Origin: a virus
IMG/VR virus record: IMGVR_UViG_3300048694_001005
Span: 64,001-128,000 of that record
DNA: 64,000 nt
Direction: 5' to 3' (one strand)
Below the pieces are notes generated by a model that did no database searches, was not told the DNA's origin, and saw only the letters and a list, made by a program, of their open reading frames with translations. Of this stretch, positions 58,637 through 64,000 are shown one piece after another. The position numbers were made by a program, and so were the translations under genes. Each line of letters starts with the position of its first letter. Position 1 is the first letter of the stretch.

Positions 58637-61351
58637 ATGCATGTATTAGATTTATTTGGTGAAGAGTCGCAGCCGTTAAATGAGGGTTCGGTAAAGAATA
58701 GAGATATCGAGCGTCAAGACTATGAAAACATGTCAGGACGAGAATTTTTGGCGGCTTATAAAATGGGCAAAGCAGAATGGGCGCTTAAAAACCCTGACAT
58801 TGTGCCAAAAAAATCTAAACCCAAAACCACCAACGAAGCTAAACCTGTGGCACATAGTATTGAACATGCTGTTTGGAGTAAAAAGTCCCCTGATGAACAA
58901 AAGTTTTTGAAACAGTTGCATCCCGACTTAAAAATCAAAAACGTACCACCAGCACCACGTCCTGAGCGAGTTAAAAAGACACCAATTGATTACGCCGCTA
59001 TTGCGCGTAAAGCCGAGAATGTCTGGGGCAATATATTTCCTGATGGCGATCCCGTAGATTGGATGTATCCGTATTTAAAACGCATGGGTATTCCTGCTGA
59101 AAAGCAATACAAGGTATTGGATCGAGCTATTAGATTGCATGTAGACAAAAAAGGTTATGATCATTGGTTGGAATCAAGCTGGGATCAAGTAGCTGACGAC
59201 AATATGATGCCAGGTACGGTTACTCGTGAAAATAATCCATGGCGAGTTTCTGAAGGTGTGACAGAAAATAGCGGAGACACAAGGGCTAAACTGGCCAAAA
59301 TCATTGCACGTGAAATGAAGACAGCAAAGTCCAGTGAGTTGACAAAGACACAACGCAAACACGCATTCGCGGTACTAACACGCGCCAAAGAAGCTAAACG
59401 TATGTTGGATGCTGGTGCAGATGAATCCACAGCATGGGCACACTTCCAAGGTACCAAGCAGGAAATGGCGGAAGGCAAATGGTTCCGCACCACTTATGGT
59501 TGGGCCGGTGGTGAGAAGCCTGGTGGCGGCAAATATGTTCATCCTGAGGTCGCAGCCGAACGTCGCCGTGAAAAAGCCAAGAAAAAGCGTGAACAGGAAC
59601 GACAAGCAAAGTCAGGTACAGGTGCCAAACCTACTACCAGTACACATTGCCCGGGCTGTTACAGTACCGATATCAAAACCTACAGTGATGGTGAGAAAGA
59701 ATGCCATCAATGCGGTAAAACTTGGCATGTTTTTGGAAATAGAATTTTTATAGATCATCAGGGCGAATGGGAGGAGAAAATCAGTAAAGTTTGGCCAAGA
59801 TCACAGATAGAATACTCCGGCGAAGATATGTATGCCGCTCGTCTAACAAATGGTTATCTCGTAGGAGCATTCAAAATAGATCAAGGTGGTTGGATAGAAA
59901 AGCCAAGGAAAGGTGTGGCGGAAGGCTCCAAAACTCCTTGGAAAGATTTAGATAAACCTTTTGACCGAGATGTTAAAAAAATGAAAAACCAAGGCAGCGC
60001 CAATCCATTGTACAAAAAGAAGGTTGGTGAGCAAGGTGTGGCGGAAGGCTCGGCGTATCAACATCATGTTGTATCAAAATTAGATGGCAATGTATTGGCT
60101 TCTTATAAGACGCGAGAAGAAGCTCAGAAAAATGCTCATGGTAATCCAGTTGTTTCTGGTTCTTTAGAGACCATTGGTGATAGACAATATACCAGAGAGC
60201 AAGGTGTGGCGGAAGGCTATTGGCAAGATGCCATACAGGATGTGGAAGCAGCACGTAAAGCACGTAAAGGCAAACCGTTTGAAAAGAATCCGCTAAGCCA
60301 TGATGAACAGGGAGTTTACATCGGTGATAAGGATTTAGCTGGCAATCCTGTACCTAAACCCAACGAAAAGGACGTGGCAGAAGCTAAGCCAGGACTGTAT
60401 GCCAATGTACAGGCCAAGCGCAGGAGAATCAAACAGGGATCTGGGGAGCGTATGCGCAAGCCTGGAACTAAGGGCGCACCCACTGCACAAGCTTGGCGCG
60501 ATGCAGCAAAAACAGCTAAGAAGGAAAGCATGGAGGAAAACATGAAACTTGTTGAATATTTGACACGTCCCGGAGAATCATTTGACGCAATTTTAGGTCT
60601 TAATGTTTTCGCTGATCTAGTAGGTGATGTTCAAGACATGGATGAAATGTTTGGAGAAAGTAGAGAATGGCGCAGGATTAGAAAGAAATACACCAAGATA
60701 GCCAAATACTATATTGATCTAGTTAACCAAATTTCCGCCACAGGTAGAAAGCTGACAAAGGAAGAGTCAGACGCTATTGAAATTTGGTGGTATGATGGCA
60801 ATGATATGTATGATGATGAAGAAATGTCTGGATTGGCGGAAACATACGATGGCCAACTTAAATTAGTTGAAAGACTAATTGGATCAGGACAATCGGGAGT
60901 GACCGAAGATTTGATGAATGAACTGTCCCGAGACACGCTAAAGAGTTATTTTGGTAAACGCATGGCATCAGCCACGTCCATGGACAAACGCAAAAATTTT
61001 AAAAAGGCTACTAAAATCATCAAAACTAATTTACCACTTGCTATGAAAAAACTTAAAGATCCAGCGTATGGTAAAGCTACGCCCAAATTAGTTGATGAAG
61101 CTGCCTTACCAGAAGAACTGTTTAAGACTACATCAGAAATCAATAACCCAACTGATGCCGTAAAAATGGATATCCCTCTACTGATTAGAATTATGGAATA
61201 CGCACGTGAAGATGCCAAAACTGACTTAGAGCTGCATGATGTAGCAGAACGATTAATTAGTTTGGGCAAGGCAGGTAACACATTAAGCATGCGTGACTAT
61301 GATAAGATTGTTGGCACTGATGCAAAGGCAATGATCAATAACAAACTATGA
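58637..61351 (+). CDS. Cassette-built polyprotein with repeated GVAEG-type linkers (putative head-packaged, protease-processed)
   Basis: Linkers GVTE, EMAEG, GVAEG x3, DVAEA, GVTED separate compositionally unrelated segments, one with a CPGC/CHQC zinc ribbon; late promoter and SD. Confidence 0.8.
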   Translation: MHVLDLFGEESQPLNEGSVKNRDIERQDYENMSGREFLAAYKMGKAEWALKNPDIVPKKSKPKTTNEAKPVAHSIEHAVWSKKSPDEQKFLKQLHPDLKIKNVPPAPRPERVKKTPIDYAAIARKAENVWGNIFPDGDPVDWMYPYLKRMGIPAEKQYKVLDRAIRLHVDKKGYDHWLESSWDQVADDNMMPGTVTRENNPWRVSEGVTENSGDTRAKLAKIIAREMKTAKSSELTKTQRKHAFAVLTRAKEAKRMLDAGADESTAWAHFQGTKQEMAEGKWFRTTYGWAGGEKPGGGKYVHPEVAAERRREKAKKKREQERQAKSGTGAKPTTSTHCPGCYSTDIKTYSDGEKECHQCGKTWHVFGNRIFIDHQGEWEEKISKVWPRSQIEYSGEDMYAARLTNGYLVGAFKIDQGGWIEKPRKGVAEGSKTPWKDLDKPFDRDVKKMKNQGSANPLYKKKVGEQGVAEGSAYQHHVVSKLDGNVLASYKTREEAQKNAHGNPVVSGSLETIGDRQYTREQGVAEGYWQDAIQDVEAARKARKGKPFEKNPLSHDEQGVYIGDKDLAGNPVPKPNEKDVAEAKPGLYANVQAKRRRIKQGSGERMRKPGTKGAPTAQAWRDAAKTAKKESMEENMKLVEYLTRPGESFDAILGLNVFADLVGDVQDMDEMFGESREWRRIRKKYTKIAKYYIDLVNQISATGRKLTKEESDAIEIWWYDGNDMYDDEEMSGLAETYDGQLKLVERLIGSGQSGVTEDLMNELSRDTLKSYFGKRMASATSMDKRKNFKKATKIIKTNLPLAMKKLKDPAYGKATPKLVDEAALPEELFKTTSEINNPTDAVKMDIPLLIRIMEYAREDAKTDLELHDVAERLISLGKAGNTLSMRDYDKIVGTDAKAMINNKL
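59910..60218 (+). repeat. Three exact 18-nt direct repeats AAGGTGTGGCGGAAGGCT
   Basis: 59910-59927, 60033-60050, 60201-60218; copies 2 and 3 extend to 22 nt (GAGC prefix); partial copies TGGCGGAAGGC at 59466, AAGGTGTG at 59253, GTGGCAGAAGCT at 60374. Confidence 0.95.
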
Positions 61352-61509
61352 GCCCAAAAGAGCAGCGTAACGCTTATATTCAATACCTTTTAATGAAGGT
61401 TGAGCAAGCTGACTGGCATGGTGTAAGTGATGCCGCAAATGACCTGCGTGAACTAGAAGCTCGTTACACTGCATTGCGCGATGAGGAAATAAACCTGAAT
61501 AGATCATGA
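61348..61509 (+). CDS. Small 53-aa hypothetical protein (missed by ORF track)
   Basis: MSPKEQRNAYIQYLLMKVEQADWHGVSDAANDLRELEARYTALRDEEINLNRS; ATGA overlaps at both ends exactly fill the gap. Confidence 0.7.
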   Translation: MSPKEQRNAYIQYLLMKVEQADWHGVSDAANDLRELEARYTALRDEEINLNRS

Positions 61510-62012
61510 GCAACTATCAAATCTATCTACAGACCTGTAGAGAATTGGTAATTGAAGCGGAATCATCAGCCCATCTTGATCTTAATGACAGCGTGAACGC
61601 ATATTTGGTTGCATTGCTAGCCAAAAATTTTGACAAACCCAACTGTATACAATACAATTACGATCTATTAACTCGCACCACTAGCAAAGAAGACAGCTAT
61701 CTAGCACGTACCGAATGTGTAGCGGCCGCGGAACAATGTTTAATGATTAGTGGCATTACACCATTTGTTGCAGAACGACGTGGCATTGAGCCCAAGCATT
61801 TCACTCAATGTGGTCGCACTTTTTATCACAGAGCAGCACATTGCACTAGACCACCTGATGATTTTATGACTGAACTTGCTGGGCAATTTGCTGTTATGCG
61901 TGACATTGTAGGCACTGCATTTGACCGCGGAATTAAAACATTTGCGCAGCGTAGACAGCTTGTGGCGGCAGGAAGCTGTGCCATCAAACACTACTCTATA
62001 AATATCAAGTAA
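61506..62012 (+). CDS. Hypothetical protein
   Basis: 168-aa ORF coupled by ATGA overlap; no family recognised. Confidence 0.65.
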   Translation: MSNYQIYLQTCRELVIEAESSAHLDLNDSVNAYLVALLAKNFDKPNCIQYNYDLLTRTTSKEDSYLARTECVAAAEQCLMISGITPFVAERRGIEPKHFTQCGRTFYHRAAHCTRPPDDFMTELAGQFAVMRDIVGTAFDRGIKTFAQRRQLVAAGSCAIKHYSINIK

Positions 62013-62083
62013 TTTAGTTTTGCTCAAATTGCTAGATTTAATCATCACATTCATATACAATTTAATTTCAAAGGAGACTTATA

Positions 62084-62344
62084 ATGAGTAACAGAGTAAT
62101 CACTGCTGAACAAAAGGCCAAACTAAATCAGCTTTTCAATGAAGGGATTTCGGTCCTTACAGAAATCGAGGATTTGACCGCTGGACTAAACGATACTATC
62201 AAAGCAGTGGCAGAAGAAATGGAAATTAAACCTGCCGTGCTAAAGAAGGCAATTAAAATTGCTAAGAAAAGCGAATTCGGCAAAGAAACCGAAGATCACG
62301 AATTGCTGGAAACCATTCTTACTACGGTGGGACGTACTGTTTAA
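62084..62344 (+). CDS. T4 DsbA-like double-stranded DNA-binding protein
   Basis: IEDL...L.DTIKAVAEEMEIKPAVLKKAIKIA pattern; AAGGAG SD; directly upstream of DNA polymerase. Confidence 0.65.
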   Translation: MSNRVITAEQKAKLNQLFNEGISVLTEIEDLTAGLNDTIKAVAEEMEIKPAVLKKAIKIAKKSEFGKETEDHELLETILTTVGRTV

Positions 62345-64000
62345 TGAGTTACGTTGATGCTTACCTAAACAAAGAAGAAGATCGTATATATGTAGTAGAA
62401 CGCATAGATGGCAAAAGGATATTTACTGAATATCCTGCCGAATATAGGTTCTACTACGATGATCCACGTGGAAAATTTCAAACTATCTATGGCACGCCGG
62501 TAAGCAGGTTCACAACACGTAACAGCAAAGAGTTCCATAAAGAGCTGCGCATTAACAGCAATAATCGTATTTGGGAAGGTGACATCAATCCCGTATTGCG
62601 ATGCCTAAGTGAGAACTATCTTAACGCAGCAGCACCACAATTACAAACCGCGTTTTTTGATATTGAAGTCGCGTTTGATCAGGATCGCGGCTTTAGTTCG
62701 CCCACAGATCCGTTCAATCCCATCACTGCAATCAGTGTGTATTTGGATTGGTTGGATCAGTTAATCACACTGGTCATACCGCCCAATCATATTAGTGATG
62801 AATCTGCGGCTGAAATAGCCAACAAGTTTGAAAACTGTTTGGTTTTTAGGTCTGAGGCGGATCTACTTAATACGTTCTTGGAAATAATTGATGATGCTGA
62901 CATACTGAGCGGCTGGAACAGTGAAGGCTATGATATTCCCTACACTGTTAACAGAACTGTGCGCGTATTAAGCAAAAACGATATACGACGATTCTGTTTA
63001 TGGGATCAAAATCCACGCAAGCGAACCTTTGAACGATTTGGTAACGAAGAAACTACCTTTGACTTGATTGGTCGTGTGCATTTGGACTACATGCAGCTAT
63101 ATCGCAACTATACCTATCATGAAATGCATAGTTATAGCTTGGATGCTATTTCGGAATATGAGCTAGGTGAGAAAAAGGTAGCTTATGAAGGCACACTGGA
63201 TCAGTTATACAACAAAGACTTTCAAAAGTTCATAGACTATAACCGCCAGGATACCATGTTGCTGGCTAAACTAGACAAGAAGCTGAGATTTATTGATCTC
63301 AGTAATGAACTGGCACATGAAAACACGGTGTTGTTGGCAAAAACCATGAGCGCAGTGGCACTGACTGAGCAAGCAATTATCAATGAAGCACATGCTCAGG
63401 GTTTAATTATTCCAAACCGCAAAGAATATGCCACAGATGACAATAGACCTGCTGCGGGTGCGTATGTTGCATATCCCAAAAAGGGTATGCATGAGTGGAT
63501 TGGTGCAATAGATATTAACTCACTGTATCCTTCGGCTATTCGCGCATTAAACATGGCTCCAGAAACTATTGTGGGACAATTACGACCCATAATGACTGAT
63601 AACTATATTCAGGAAAAGATCGATGGCGGCGCGCATTTTGCAGCAGCATGGGAAGGCTTGTTTGGTAGTTTGGAATATTCGGCCGTAATGAACCAGGAGC
63701 GCGGTACTGAGATTACTGTAGACTGGGAATCTGGTGACAGCACTACACACAGCGCAGCAGAATTGTGGCGACTGATCTTTGACAGTCACAATAAATGGAC
63801 CCTAAGTGCGAATGGTACTATCTTTAGTTATGAACGTGATGGTATTGTACCGGGATTATTGGCGCGTTGGTATGCAGAACGTAAAGAACTACAGGCCAAA
63901 AAGAAAGATGCTACAGATAAAGCTGAAATAGCGTTTTGGGACAAGCGCCAGCTAGTAAAAAAGATTAACCTAAACAGTTTGTATGGTGCCATTTTGAATC
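62344..64000 (+). CDS. gp43: Family B DNA polymerase (gp43-like), truncated by window end
   Basis: Manual translation from ATG 62344: ExoI FFDIEV, ExoII SGWNSEGYDIPY, ExoIII YNRQD, motif A DINSLYPS, motif B KKINLNSLYG; open to 64000. Confidence 0.95.
   Translation, partial: MSYVDAYLNKEEDRIYVVERIDGKRIFTEYPAEYRFYYDDPRGKFQTIYGTPVSRFTTRNSKEFHKELRINSNNRIWEGDINPVLRCLSENYLNAAAPQLQTAFFDIEVAFDQDRGFSSPTDPFNPITAISVYLDWLDQLITLVIPPNHISDESAAEIANKFENCLVFRSEADLLNTFLEIIDDADILSGWNSEGYDIPYTVNRTVRVLSKNDIRRFCLWDQNPRKRTFERFGNEETTFDLIGRVHLDYMQLYRNYTYHEMHSYSLDAISEYELGEKKVAYEGTLDQLYNKDFQKFIDYNRQDTMLLAKLDKKLRFIDLSNELAHENTVLLAKTMSAVALTEQAIINEAHAQGLIIPNRKEYATDDNRPAAGAYVAYPKKGMHEWIGAIDINSLYPSAIRALNMAPETIVGQLRPIMTDNYIQEKIDGGAHFAAAWEGLFGSLEYSAVMNQERGTEITVDWESGDSTTHSAAELWRLIFDSHNKWTLSANGTIFSYERDGIVPGLLARWYAERKELQAKKKDATDKAEIAFWDKRQLVKKINLNSLYGAILN

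Noticed and set aside
59910-60218. Direct repeats as CRISPR array
   Set aside because: Repeats are 18-22 nt, spacers 105-150 nt, all in frame within a CDS, no palindrome and no cas genes in window.
438-63789. Numerous 60-190-aa alternative-frame ORFs in the track
   Set aside because: Nested in or antisense to long well-supported genes; explained by codon bias of the real strand.
1-64000. Stop-codon reassignment as in some large phages
   Set aside because: Very long ORFs and near-complete coding density under the standard code; TAG and TGA both terminate genes at tight junctions.
62344-64000. Intron or intein in DNA polymerase
   Set aside because: Frame is open and motifs are in order; the segment between motifs A and B shows no intein splicing motifs.

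Overview
64 kb from a large T4-related myophage genome (jumbo phage; gene content and order recall the RaK2/GAP32/Atu_ph07-type phages, assigned from recalled family motifs, no search run). Standard genetic code, very dense coding, mostly + strand. Order: partial gp47-like nuclease and gp55-like late sigma factor (minus); baseplate module (tube initiator, LysM/gp53-like, hub with inserted GH24 lysozyme, gp5-like, gp25, gp6, a 4353-aa giant wedge/adhesin); HNH homing endonuclease; five fibre/adhesin genes; a Maf-like/methyltransferase fusion plus 2OG-Fe(II) oxygenase; minus-strand neck/tail-completion genes and a Nudix; neck protein, dNMP kinase, tail sheath, Hef-like endonuclease, tail tube, head-completion nuclease, putative small terminase; a block of putative head-packaged proteins; DsbA-like protein and the 5' part of a family B DNA polymerase. 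Late genes share an (A/T)TAAATA promoter; two non-structural genes have sigma70 promoters. Best candidate for a new system: the 904-aa ORF at 58637-61351, built from short unrelated cassettes joined by a protease-site-like linker (G-V-A-E-G) that is identical at the DNA level (18-22 nt direct repeats), suggesting a recombination-expandable polyprotein packaged in the head and cut into small effectors. Second candidate: a fibre-glycosylation/modification cluster at 37739-40523. No tRNA, rRNA or CRISPR array recognised.
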